64,000 bases of DNA from Escherichia coli O127:H6 str. E2348/69 (GTDB taxonomy: Bacteria > Pseudomonadota > Gammaproteobacteria > Enterobacterales > Enterobacteriaceae): assembly GCF_000026545.1 (NCBI RefSeq), contig NC_011601.1, one strand, 5' to 3'. The position numbers and the translations under genes were made by a program. Positions 35,203-43,764 of this stretch are shown in pieces. The stretch's first letter is position 1; the number at the start of each line of letters is the position of its first letter. The notes under the pieces were generated by a model. It had not been told where the DNA came from, did no database searches, and saw only the letters and a list, made by a program, of their open reading frames with translations.

Positions 35203-35429
35203 AAATTGAATTTTATGACCATGGGGTCACCGCAACTATCACTATTTCTTGTTGGTTCTGGGAGTTCCACCGTTACTTCAGAGTTGTAGATGCTGCGCTG
35301 TTTGTTGCACCGGGAGCGTTACATCACAGTGGAATCGGTATTGTTATGAACACTGTCATCAGCGGTAAAACGGTCCCGATGTTGCGGGCGTTTAAAGTGG
35401 CAAAACAGGAGGCTGGCAATGGTCATTGA
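35199..35429 (+). CDS. Hypothetical early protein
   Basis: 76-aa ORF with overlap to neighbours. Confidence 0.4.
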   Translation: MKIEFYDHGVTATITISCWFWEFHRYFRVVDAALFVAPGALHHSGIGIVMNTVISGKTVPMLRAFKVAKQEAGNGH

Positions 35430-35733
35430 TAAAACGATAACGATAGATGTAGCCATGAATACAGGTCTGGCGCTTATCGGTTATGGCTATATCACTTTTA
35501 TGTCATTCAGGTGGTTGATTTCTTCGCTCTTTAAGCAGCGTGAAAAACATCGTTGTAAAGACAAGCGCGCGAAGGCGCTAAATGCGTTTAATGACGCTTT
35601 TGATATTGACCATATGCAACAGGGCGACCCCGCACGCGTAATTACCCGGGGAGATATTGTAATTCTTGTGTACCGGAATGAAAAAAATGAACAGGAGACA
35701 ACCAGTGAGTCAGCAAACCAGAATAAGCGATAA
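35419..35733 (+). CDS. Hypothetical early protein with N-terminal transmembrane helix
   Basis: 104-aa ORF. Confidence 0.4.
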   Translation: MVIDKTITIDVAMNTGLALIGYGYITFMSFRWLISSLFKQREKHRCKDKRAKALNAFNDAFDIDHMQQGDPARVITRGDIVILVYRNEKNEQETTSESANQNKR

Positions 35734-35869
35734 GAGTCTGACCAGACTGATTGCCGATGCGGACAAGGTGCTGGAGCGGAACTCCCCCGTTGCCGATGAG
35801 GAATGGTGGCAGGATTTCCGGGCTGCAATGCTGGAACTTCAGGAACGTCGTCGGGAGGTGTTGAAGTGA
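35705..35869 (+). CDS. Hypothetical early protein (GTG start)
   Basis: RBS aggag upstream of GTG at 35705; the track ORF starts at 35666. Confidence 0.3.
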   Translation: MSQQTRISDKSLTRLIADADKVLERNSPVADEEWWQDFRAAMLELQERRREVLK

Positions 35870-36135
35870 GTGAATTAAAGTGTCGAATTAATGGCAATCA
35901 GATAGAACCGTGTGCGGTACTGGCAAAAGCACTCGAATATGGAAATCCAGCCTTTAAGAGTAAAGGCATATTTATCCCGGAACGCGTGAATATAAACACC
36001 GGCGAGCCAGGCTTAGACATTGCTCAAATTCACTCCGGCCAATATGTCGGTCGTGGTGTTGCCATGTGTTTTTGCCCGTTCTGTGGTGAAAGTCTGAAAA
36101 CATGGAAAAAGGAGGCAACCAGTGAGCGAGATTAA
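35866..36135 (+). CDS. Small Cys-rich (zinc-ribbon-like) early protein
   Basis: 89-aa ORF with CRING...C and CFCPFC motifs; GTGA overlap with previous gene. Confidence 0.4.
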   Translation: MSELKCRINGNQIEPCAVLAKALEYGNPAFKSKGIFIPERVNINTGEPGLDIAQIHSGQYVGRGVAMCFCPFCGESLKTWKKEATSERD

Positions 36136-36619
36136 CTATCAGGCACTGCGTGAGGTGGCAGAGGCCGCGAAGGGGGATACGACGTGGCAGAACCTACAGG
36201 CTTTTCATGCTGCGGCTACGCCGGAGGTTGTGCAGGCGTTGCTGGATGAAAACGAAAGACTGTGTCGCGATCTGATAGCTCGTAATGGTGAGATTGAAGG
36301 GCTTCGGGAGTGGGCAGAAGAACTGGAGGCACGGGAGGTGGCTTTGCCAGTAGCGTCATGCATTGTTGAAGATGGATGCATGTGTGTTGATGGGTTCAGT
36401 GAGTATGTAGGTCACTCGCTACCTGATGGAATGCATGAGCTTTATGCTGCCCCGCCAGCGTCGGTAGTGCCGGAAGGACTAGTTAAAGCAGTGCGTTTCT
36501 ATGAACAGGTAAAGTGTGAGAATCCGCCAGTCGAAACCGGAGCATGGAAAGACGCGGTTGACTGGGTACTCAACGAGGCTTGCCAGGCTGTAAATATTGA
36601 CGCCAAAGGAGGTGCGTAA
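36122..36619 (+). CDS. Hypothetical early protein
   Basis: 165-aa ORF. Confidence 0.45.
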   Translation: MSEINYQALREVAEAAKGDTTWQNLQAFHAAATPEVVQALLDENERLCRDLIARNGEIEGLREWAEELEAREVALPVASCIVEDGCMCVDGFSEYVGHSLPDGMHELYAAPPASVVPEGLVKAVRFYEQVKCENPPVETGAWKDAVDWVLNEACQAVNIDAKGGA

Positions 36620-37032
36620 TGCGTGTAGCGTTTATCGGTTTATTACCATACCCGACTCGTTTTTGGGCTTCTGCGCTAATTGCAAAGCCACATGCCCTGA
36701 TGGCTGACAGCATCATCCCGGCACAAAAGCGCCATACCGGTATTGCTGCTGCACGACGCGAAGCAAAGAAACGCAGGAGAGCAAAATGATGAAAAACCGT
36801 AAGGCAAGACTGCTGATAGCAAAGCCAGGGCAACTTATCCGTATCTCAAATCGACTTGTTGTTCACTATAGATATCTTGGTTTTAGGGAGTGGTCCTCTA
36901 TTCGTTTTTACGGTGTCTGGCGAAACAGAAGCGCGACACAAAACCGCTGGAAGAATCACACTAACGCAAAGTAATTAAATAATAACCAATAGCAGACCAA
37001 AAAGTATTTTTTGGTCTGCCAAAAGTGATGTT

Positions 37033-37320
37033 TTGGTCATTATGAAGATTGAACAAATCGGAATGGCAGCTTTCAGGCAACAGGCTGAAAGCGGTGGCGT
37101 GGATGAGTTCGTCGTGCAGCGGTTCGGTGGTGTGTATCATCTATTCGCTGTGAATCGCCGCGCCGGGGTGTCCTATTTTCTACAGGAACGTCGTGGCGAT
37201 TACAAGACATGGCTGTCTCTTGACCGTGCCGCTGCGTTCTTGTCAGGGATTGGCGTTTCACGTTTTACCGTGCGTTTTGAGGATAACAAACATGCTGAAA
37301 AAGATGATCGGGGCCATTAA
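37033..37320 (+). CDS. Hypothetical early protein
   Basis: 95-aa ORF (start may be the ATG at 37042). Confidence 0.4.
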   Translation: MVIMKIEQIGMAAFRQQAESGGVDEFVVQRFGGVYHLFAVNRRAGVSYFLQERRGDYKTWLSLDRAAAFLSGIGVSRFTVRFEDNKHAEKDDRGH

Positions 37321-37690
37321 AGCCGGTCAGGCGTATCTGGGGTGGGATGATGCCCTTTATCGCCAGACGCTGGCCCGCCTGACCGGTAAAACCAGCACCA
37401 CACGCTGCAATCTCGATGAACTGCGCATCATCCGGGAATACATGCACGAACAGGGATTCCCGCGCAAGGCACCCGCTGGTAAAGGTCGCCGCCCTCGTGT
37501 TGCAATGAGCAGAAAATCAGTATTATCCAAAATTGAAGCGTTGCTGGCTGATGCCGGTCGTTCCTGGGCGTATGCAGAAGGACTGGCATCTCACATGTAT
37601 AAGCAACATGTGATCGAATGGCTGACGGATGAACAGCTTTTTGGAGTGATGGTGGCGCTGGTTAAAGATTCAAGAAGGAGAAATCAATGA
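37292..37690 (+). CDS. GemA-like (Mu gp16 / DUF1018) regulatory protein
   Basis: 132-aa ORF MLKKMIGAIKAGQAYLGWDDALYRQTLARLTGKTS...; family assignment from memory. Confidence 0.55.
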   Translation: MLKKMIGAIKAGQAYLGWDDALYRQTLARLTGKTSTTRCNLDELRIIREYMHEQGFPRKAPAGKGRRPRVAMSRKSVLSKIEALLADAGRSWAYAEGLASHMYKQHVIEWLTDEQLFGVMVALVKDSRRRNQ

Positions 37691-38163
37691 TGAAAAAATG
37701 GTTGTTTTGTTTAGTAGGGGTTATTTTCTCTTGTTCTGTGCTGGCACAGACAGAGGAACAGGCGCAAAAGGAACTGAAACGTTATCAGGATATGAAGCCA
37801 TTGGCTGAACAGATGCTTCGGGAAAGTGGAAAACTTTATTACGCTATGCCAGAAGCTGCATCGCAGTATCAGCAGGGAAATATTGAAGAGTGGAAGAATA
37901 TCAAAAAAGGACTAAAACAACTGGATGAACAGGCCAGTAAACTGGGGGACGACCCGCTTGATCCTGTGTATGGTTCCTGCATAAAAATGAAAAACCAGCT
38001 ACAGGATTACTGGTCTAACGTTATCAGGGATGACAGGCAGTTTCTGGAGCGTTCAAGAAATCAGTTTAAAGAATATCGTATGGATTGTTTTGATTCGTTT
38101 GTTTTTGGTAAAGAGCAAATAGAATCAAGAAAAGGCCTGGTTATTCTAGACCTGACTAAATAA
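37687..38163 (+). CDS. Secreted protein with signal peptide (possible lipoprotein), last gene before the early terminator
   Basis: 158-aa ORF MMKKWLFCLVGVIFSCSVLAQTEEQ... Confidence 0.5.
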   Translation: MMKKWLFCLVGVIFSCSVLAQTEEQAQKELKRYQDMKPLAEQMLRESGKLYYAMPEAASQYQQGNIEEWKNIKKGLKQLDEQASKLGDDPLDPVYGSCIKMKNQLQDYWSNVIRDDRQFLERSRNQFKEYRMDCFDSFVFGKEQIESRKGLVILDLTK

Positions 38164-38174
38164 GACTTAGTTTA

Positions 38175-38200
38175 GCCCCTGCCATGCAGGGGCTTTTTTT
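38175..38200 (+). terminator. Rho-independent terminator ending the early transcript
   Basis: agcccctgc-catg-caggggct followed by 7 T. Confidence 0.65.
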
Positions 38201-38263
38201 GTGGTCTGTACAGGCGATCATGTATGGCTATAATAACAGTAAGTTACTACCGGAGACGCCATC

Positions 38264-38731
38264 ATGCAGACCTTCAGTGAAACAGATCTTCGCGATGCGC
38301 AGGCACTGCTGCCCGATTCCGTGCAGCAACTGATTAGCGTGATTGGCTTCCCCGCCCTGACCCGGTTGATTCGTTCTTTTGGTGGCGTGACGTTAAGCGG
38401 TAAAACCGGCGTACACGCCGAACGCACCGGCGGTGTCCATGCCCTGTTACATGACGTGCTCACCGAAGACGAAATCAACAAACTGATCCGCTTTCTTGGC
38501 GGTGCTCCGTTTTACATTCCCCGTTGCGATCATGCGTTACGTGCCCTGCGTAACACCCGTTTTATGGCTGATTTACAGCAGCATGTAAAAGACGGATGCT
38601 CACACCGGCAGGCGCTGGCACTGCTCTGTCCCCGTTACGGCATTTCAGACCGGTACGCATGGCAGCTGATACACCGACGACAAAAACAGACTTCGCTGAA
38701 AAGCCCCACCCAGGTGGGGCTTTTTGATTAA
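38264..38731 (+). CDS. Mor/C-family transcription activator
   Basis: 155-aa ORF directly after the early terminator, the position of the Mu middle/late activators. Confidence 0.65.
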   Translation: MQTFSETDLRDAQALLPDSVQQLISVIGFPALTRLIRSFGGVTLSGKTGVHAERTGGVHALLHDVLTEDEINKLIRFLGGAPFYIPRCDHALRALRNTRFMADLQQHVKDGCSHRQALALLCPRYGISDRYAWQLIHRRQKQTSLKSPTQVGLFD

Positions 38732-38757
38732 TGGGCCTCAGAAAAAAGGAGACACTT

Positions 38758-39036
38758 ATGACCAACTATATGGCACTTGGCGAGTATACGGCCTACTCAG
38801 AGCAGGCCCGGGATGCTGCCGGACGTCGCTTTGCTTATATGAAAAATTTGGCCAGTCAGTTAAACCGAATGGCCGAACAACCGGATATGGTTGTTCAGGA
38901 AGAAGCGTTGCAGTGTGCCATTGCTGACATCATCGCCAGCGAAAACGAGATGCGCGCAGCGATGGAAAAGGCGAACGCCTCTGCTCCGCTTTGTAATAAA
39001 CCTCTTATTACGCCGGATTCTCTTTCCCGCTTCTGA
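38758..39036 (+). CDS. Hypothetical protein
   Basis: ATG at 38758 with RBS aaaaggag; the track ORF begins at 38731. Confidence 0.4.
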   Translation: MTNYMALGEYTAYSEQARDAAGRRFAYMKNLASQLNRMAEQPDMVVQEEALQCAIADIIASENEMRAAMEKANASAPLCNKPLITPDSLSRF

Positions 39037-39218
39037 TTTATCACCCCGCCGCCGCGGGGTGCTGAACTCCCCCAGCAGTACCCACCACACCAGACCGTTT
39101 ACCCTGTCCACTCAGACCACAAGGCACCTTAAGGGATAGCGCCCTGCAAAAGGCTTTTGTGCCTTTGACAGGGTGTTATTTACGGGCCGTCAGTGGCTCA
39201 GATTTACAGGAGAAACTC

Positions 39219-39611
39219 ATGTCTGAACCCTTATCAGGCGGCGGAGCTGTGGCAGTCACCATCGGTGGTGCCAGTGTGTTTGGCCTTCTCACCAATACCG
39301 ATTTCGGGGTCGTGGTGGGCGCGTTTGCCGGGGCGCTTTTTGTTGTCACTCAGCAGAAAGAAATCCCGGTATGGCGAATGGCTATTCACCTGCTCGTCGC
39401 GTTTGTGGTTGGCGTTCTGGGGGCTGGCGTGGCTGCGTCACTGATGCAGTGGCTGACCCACTACAACGACAAACCGCTTGATGCATTGTGTGCGGTCGGT
39501 GTCTCGGCGTTATCCATCAAGATACTGACCTTTCTTTATCAACAGGAAATTTCATCGCTGTTCGGCCTGTTTTCCAGACTGCGCGGCGGAGGGGGTGGAA
39601 ATGGAAAGTAG
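39219..39611 (+). CDS. Membrane protein, putative holin-class lysis protein
   Basis: 130-aa ORF with 3-4 hydrophobic helices and RBS; immediately upstream of the endolysin cluster. Confidence 0.45.
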   Translation: MSEPLSGGGAVAVTIGGASVFGLLTNTDFGVVVGAFAGALFVVTQQKEIPVWRMAIHLLVAFVVGVLGAGVAASLMQWLTHYNDKPLDALCAVGVSALSIKILTFLYQQEISSLFGLFSRLRGGGGGNGK

Positions 39612-39897
39612 CCTTGCCGGTATCGTGAACGTCTGGCTGTGTCTCGCCATTGTGCTGGGGTTGTTTGTGTATCGCCGCCACGGTGCGGCGCATAAACCGA
39701 TGATTACCTGGCTGGCGTACTGGCTGATGCTCGGCTACATCATCATCCCGTTCCGCTGGCTGTCCGGTACATACACGCACTCCAGCTGGCTGGTTGTGGC
39801 GCTGAATCTGGTTTTCTGTGCGCTTATCGTGTGGGCGCACGGGAATTTGTCAAAAATCCTTTCGTTACTGAGGCATCCACATGAAATCAAAAGATGA
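39601..39897 (+). CDS. Membrane protein, putative holin/antiholin
   Basis: 98-aa ORF with 3 hydrophobic helices; stop overlaps the endolysin start. Confidence 0.45.
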   Translation: MESSLAGIVNVWLCLAIVLGLFVYRRHGAAHKPMITWLAYWLMLGYIIIPFRWLSGTYTHSSWLVVALNLVFCALIVWAHGNLSKILSLLRHPHEIKR

Positions 39898-40426
39898 CAT
39901 TTTTGATGAAGTCCTGGGCAAAGAAGGCGGTTACGTCAATCACCCGGACGATAAGGGCGGTCCGACCAAATGGGGCATTACGGAAAAAGTCGCCCGCGCC
40001 CACGGATATCGTGGCGATATGCGCGATTTAACCCGCGAACAGGCGCTGGACATCCTTGAAGCCGATTACTGGTATGGCCCGCGATTTGACCAGATCGCCG
40101 CATTATCCCCTGATATTGCCGCAGAGCTGTGTGATACCGGTGTGAATATGGGGCCAACCGTGGCGTCCAGAATGCTTCAGCGCTGGCTGAATGTGTTCAA
40201 TCTGCGCGGCAGGCTGTACCCGGATATGGACGCAGACGGACGCATCGGGCCTCGTACCATCAGTGCATTGCGCGCCTTCCTGAATAATCGCGGTCAGGAC
40301 GGTGAACGGGTGATGCTGACGGCCCTGAACTGTACGCAGGGGGACCGCTATCTGGAACTGGCAGAGAAACGCGAGGCTAACGAATCGTTTGTTTATGGCT
40401 GGCTGAAGGAGCGCGTGGCGGTATGA
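39881..40426 (+). CDS. Endolysin (GH108-type lysozyme with peptidoglycan-binding domain)
   Basis: 181-aa ORF GGYVNHPDDKGGPTKWGIT... characteristic of the glycoside hydrolase 108 family as I recall it. Confidence 0.75.
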   Translation: MKSKDDIFDEVLGKEGGYVNHPDDKGGPTKWGITEKVARAHGYRGDMRDLTREQALDILEADYWYGPRFDQIAALSPDIAAELCDTGVNMGPTVASRMLQRWLNVFNLRGRLYPDMDADGRIGPRTISALRAFLNNRGQDGERVMLTALNCTQGDRYLELAEKREANESFVYGWLKERVAV

Positions 40427-40605
40427 CGCGTCAGCACTGGACCCACAGAACGCCACGTAAAGCCGCGCGCTGTGTTCTGGCCCTGTTTCTGGTGATGTTG
40501 CTTCCGGTGGGATGCACAGACATTAACAGAGCGGGCCAGCTGTTTGACGCGGCGGCGCAGGTCTGCCGGATTATCGATGGTATCCGGCAGTGTTCACAGA
40601 ACTGA
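40423..40605 (+). CDS. Small lipoprotein-like protein, possible spanin component
   Basis: 60-aa ORF with hydrophobic N-terminus ending ...LLPVGC; ATGA overlap with the endolysin stop. Confidence 0.4.
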   Translation: MTRQHWTHRTPRKAARCVLALFLVMLLPVGCTDINRAGQLFDAAAQVCRIIDGIRQCSQN

Positions 40606-40625
40606 TTTTTTGAAGGTCTGACACA

Positions 40626-40832
40626 GTGAGCATTATCAGATTTACAGAATACAGAGGTTCAGGAGGTGCTGGCGCTGTCATGGTGCTCGCTGAACGCATC
40701 ACCCATTTTTACCGTCAGTACGGTACACATGATGGCACGGTCATTGAACTGGATACCGGGAAAAACGTGTTTGTTCTTGAAAATCCCGACGAAGTTCAGC
40801 GCAGGATTGAACAGGCTCAGAAGGACACTTAA
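40626..40832 (+). CDS. Hypothetical protein
   Basis: 68-aa ORF (probable GTG start). Confidence 0.3.
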   Translation: MSIIRFTEYRGSGGAGAVMVLAERITHFYRQYGTHDGTVIELDTGKNVFVLENPDEVQRRIEQAQKDT

Positions 40833-41332
40833 TGGCGTGGTCACAGGATATCAGGGACAAAGTCCGTAACGGGTACATCTTTGACCAGCTTCCGCTGGAT
40901 ATCGTCGCCATGAAGTACGCCGTGCCGCACGATACCGCGCGGCGCTGGAAAACGCAGGCGATGAAGAACGGCGACGACTGGGACAAGCTGCGGGCCGCTC
41001 ACGCGCTCGCCGGTGACGGGCTGGAAAGTGTCGCCCGCACCGTACTTATCAGTCTGGTGGTGAAGTGTCAGACGACGCTTGAACGGCTGAACCAGAACCC
41101 GGACATCCCGCCGCAGGAGTCCGTCGAACTGCTGGCGAGTCTGTCTGACAGTCTCAGTAAGGCGGTGTCCAGCAGTAAAAAAATCCTGCCGGAAACCGAC
41201 CGGCTGGCCACGGCACTGGAAGTGGTGCAGCGGCTCGGCGCGTTCATCAAGGAGCGTCACCCGGCACAGTATGCCCCGTTTCTTGAGGTGCTCGAAGGCT
41301 TCGCTAAAGAGCTTGAGGATAATTTCAGTTAA
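40832..41332 (+). CDS. Mu gp27-like protein (DUF1804; putative small terminase/DNA-recognition subunit)
   Basis: 166-aa ORF two genes upstream of the large terminase (the methyltransferase gene intervenes). Confidence 0.55.
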   Translation: MAWSQDIRDKVRNGYIFDQLPLDIVAMKYAVPHDTARRWKTQAMKNGDDWDKLRAAHALAGDGLESVARTVLISLVVKCQTTLERLNQNPDIPPQESVELLASLSDSLSKAVSSSKKILPETDRLATALEVVQRLGAFIKERHPAQYAPFLEVLEGFAKELEDNFS

Positions 41333-41378
41333 CCACAGCGGCCCGGTTTTCCGGGCCGTCTGATATTCGGGATTTGTA

Positions 41379-42119
41379 ATGCAAAAACAGATTATTGGTA
41401 ACGCAACGTTGTATTGCGGTGATGTTCTTGATGTGCTGCCGGCGTTATCCGAACGTTTTGATGCCGTCATTACCGACCCGCCTTACAGCAGTGGTGGCAC
41501 ACATAAATCAGACCGCAGCATGGCCCCTTCGGACAAGTATGTCGGTCACACCCAGTATGCCGAGTTCAGCGGGGATAACCGCGACCAGCGCAGCTGGGCA
41601 TACTGGAGCACCCTGTGGATGTCCGGGGCTGCCCGCCTTGTGCGCCCCGGTGGTTATGTCATGGTGTTCAGTGACTGGCGACAGCTTCCCACCATGACCG
41701 ACGTTTTTCAGGCCGGTGGTGTGCTGTGGCGTGGTCTTGTTGTCTGGGATAAAACGCAGGCTTCCCGTGCGCCACACACCGGCTATTTCCGGCATCAGGC
41801 CGAGTATGTGGTCTGGGGCAGCAACGGAAAACTCGACAAATGCCCGCACGGTGGCCCGTTCCCGGGTGTGATTACGCAGCGCGTTGTCCCGTCCGAAAAA
41901 CTGCATATGACGGCAAAGCCAGTTCAGTTGATGGCCGAGCTGGTTAAACCGCTGGCACCGGATGCGCACGTTCTCGATCCGTTTATGGGAAGCGGCACCA
42001 CCGCCATCCCTGTACTGGCCCGTGGCGGACGGTTTACCGGCATTGAAATGACTAACCAGTATTTTGATATCGCCTGCGCACGTCTCGAAAAAGCGCAGGC
42101 AGAAGCAGCGCAGGTGTGA
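41379..42119 (+). CDS. Orphan DNA methyltransferase, beta-class (motif IV before motif I), N6-adenine or N4-cytosine
   Basis: 246-aa ORF with catalytic DPPY near the N-terminus (ITDPPYSS) and AdoMet-binding FMGSGTT near the C-terminus; no adjacent endonuclease ORF. Confidence 0.85.
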   Translation: MQKQIIGNATLYCGDVLDVLPALSERFDAVITDPPYSSGGTHKSDRSMAPSDKYVGHTQYAEFSGDNRDQRSWAYWSTLWMSGAARLVRPGGYVMVFSDWRQLPTMTDVFQAGGVLWRGLVVWDKTQASRAPHTGYFRHQAEYVVWGSNGKLDKCPHGGPFPGVITQRVVPSEKLHMTAKPVQLMAELVKPLAPDAHVLDPFMGSGTTAIPVLARGGRFTGIEMTNQYFDIACARLEKAQAEAAQV

Positions 42120-42120
42120 C

Positions 42121-43761
42121 GTGGCAAAACGTAAACTTTCCATTAAAGAGTTTCAGAGAAGCTTACAGGAGTACATCGCCAACCTCCGCCAGACCATTGA
42201 GGCTGAATGTCTGGGGTTCGATGTAAACCCGCAGGCCACACAGGCCCGCCGGGCGGCAGTCTGTGACCCGGTGACGGGCTACGATTATTTTGTCGAAAAC
42301 TATTTCCCGCACTACGTCCGCAACCCGGCAAAAAGCGAGCTGCATAAATACCTGTTCAGCCGTCTGCCACAGGTTGTGGCAAGCCCGGACCCGGAGAACG
42401 ACGCCATCGCCGCGCCCCGTGGTGAAGCAAAATCCACGCTGGTGACTCAGCTGTTTACCCTGTGGAACATTATCCGGGCCATTAAACATTATCCGGTCAT
42501 CATTATGGACAGTATCGACCAGGCTTATCCGATGCTGGAAGCCATCAAGGCTGAACTGGAATTTAACCCCCGTTTAAAAAACGATTTCCCGGAAGTGTGC
42601 GGACAGGGGCGCGTCTGGCGTATGGGGACCATCGTCACGGCCAACAATATCAAGGTGACCGTTGCTGGTAGTGGTAAAAAACTGCGTGGGCTGCGCCACG
42701 GTCCGTACCGTCCTGACCTGGTTATCCTCGACGACATCGAGAACGACGAGATGGTGCGTAGCCCGGAGCAGCGCGACAAGCTGCATGACTGGCTTACCAA
42801 AACCGTGATGCCGCTGGGCGAGGCTGGCGGTAAAACCGATATTATTTATATCGGAACCATCCTGCATTACGACTCCGTGCTGTCGCGCACACTCAATAAC
42901 CCGATGTGGAAAACAGCCCGCTTTAAGGCTGTTATTCAGTGGCCTGCCAACATGAAACTGTGGGACGAGTGGGAAGAACTCATCCGCAACAAACAGCCGG
43001 AAGCAGCGGAGGCACTTTACCGACAGAACGAAGCCGACATGCTCGCCGGGTCGGTGGTGTCATGGGCGGCGCGTCCCCTGCTGGCGCTGATGAAAATCCG
43101 TGTCCGTGACGGTCATGACACCTTTGATTCTGAATACCAGAACGACCCGGTCAGCGGTGAAGATGCGCTGTTTGCGGGCTGCATTAAGTTCTGGGTTAAC
43201 CGTCTTGATGAATGGGTGTTTTATGGTGCTGTTGACCCCAGTCTCGGGAAGAAGAATAAAAACCGCGACCCGTCGGCCATTCTCGTGGGGGGCTTTAACC
43301 GTTTTACCGGCATTCTGGATGTGGTTGAAGCCGATATCCGCCGACGCCTGCCAAATAAACTTATCGAAGACGTGATTAAGTATCAGCGGGAATACCACTG
43401 TCTGTGCTGGTCGTTTGAGTCCGTCCAGTTTCAGGAGTTTCTGCGCACCGTGCTGGTTGAGCGTTCGGCGGCGCTGGGCGTTCCGGTTCCGGCGCTGCCG
43501 GTCATCCCGCTGGAGGATAAAGCGCTGCGTATCGAATCCCTTCAGCCGCATATGGCCAACGGCCTGATCCGCATCAGTCCGGCACATCAGACGCTGATTG
43601 ACCAGCTGCGCCACTACCCCAAAGCCGACCACGATGATGGCCCGGACTGTCTGCACATGCTGTGGACGCTGGCGGTATCGCGTAGCGCAAAATTTCAGAT
43701 ACACACCCCACGCAGCACCGGGCGTGACCGTGGCGGGCGTTTTGGTTCAGGAGGATGGTAA
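42121..43761 (+). CDS. Terminase large subunit (Mu gp28-like)
   Basis: Large ORF upstream of the portal gene with ATPase-like segment (PRGEAKST) and acidic nuclease-like segments. Start set at GTG 42121 just after the methyltransferase stop; an in-frame ATG at 42064 would overlap that gene. Confidence 0.75.
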   Translation: MAKRKLSIKEFQRSLQEYIANLRQTIEAECLGFDVNPQATQARRAAVCDPVTGYDYFVENYFPHYVRNPAKSELHKYLFSRLPQVVASPDPENDAIAAPRGEAKSTLVTQLFTLWNIIRAIKHYPVIIMDSIDQAYPMLEAIKAELEFNPRLKNDFPEVCGQGRVWRMGTIVTANNIKVTVAGSGKKLRGLRHGPYRPDLVILDDIENDEMVRSPEQRDKLHDWLTKTVMPLGEAGGKTDIIYIGTILHYDSVLSRTLNNPMWKTARFKAVIQWPANMKLWDEWEELIRNKQPEAAEALYRQNEADMLAGSVVSWAARPLLALMKIRVRDGHDTFDSEYQNDPVSGEDALFAGCIKFWVNRLDEWVFYGAVDPSLGKKNKNRDPSAILVGGFNRFTGILDVVEADIRRRLPNKLIEDVIKYQREYHCLCWSFESVQFQEFLRTVLVERSAALGVPVPALPVIPLEDKALRIESLQPHMANGLIRISPAHQTLIDQLRHYPKADHDDGPDCLHMLWTLAVSRSAKFQIHTPRSTGRDRGGRFGSGGW

Positions 43762-43764
43762 TTA

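Noticed and set aside
38702-38726. Hairpin plus T-run (agccccacc-cag-gtggggct-ttttt) at the 3' end of the Mor/C-family gene as a terminator
   Set aside because: It lies inside the last codons of the ORF and the next gene follows within 30 bp; it may be an attenuator or coincidental, so it is not called as a feature.
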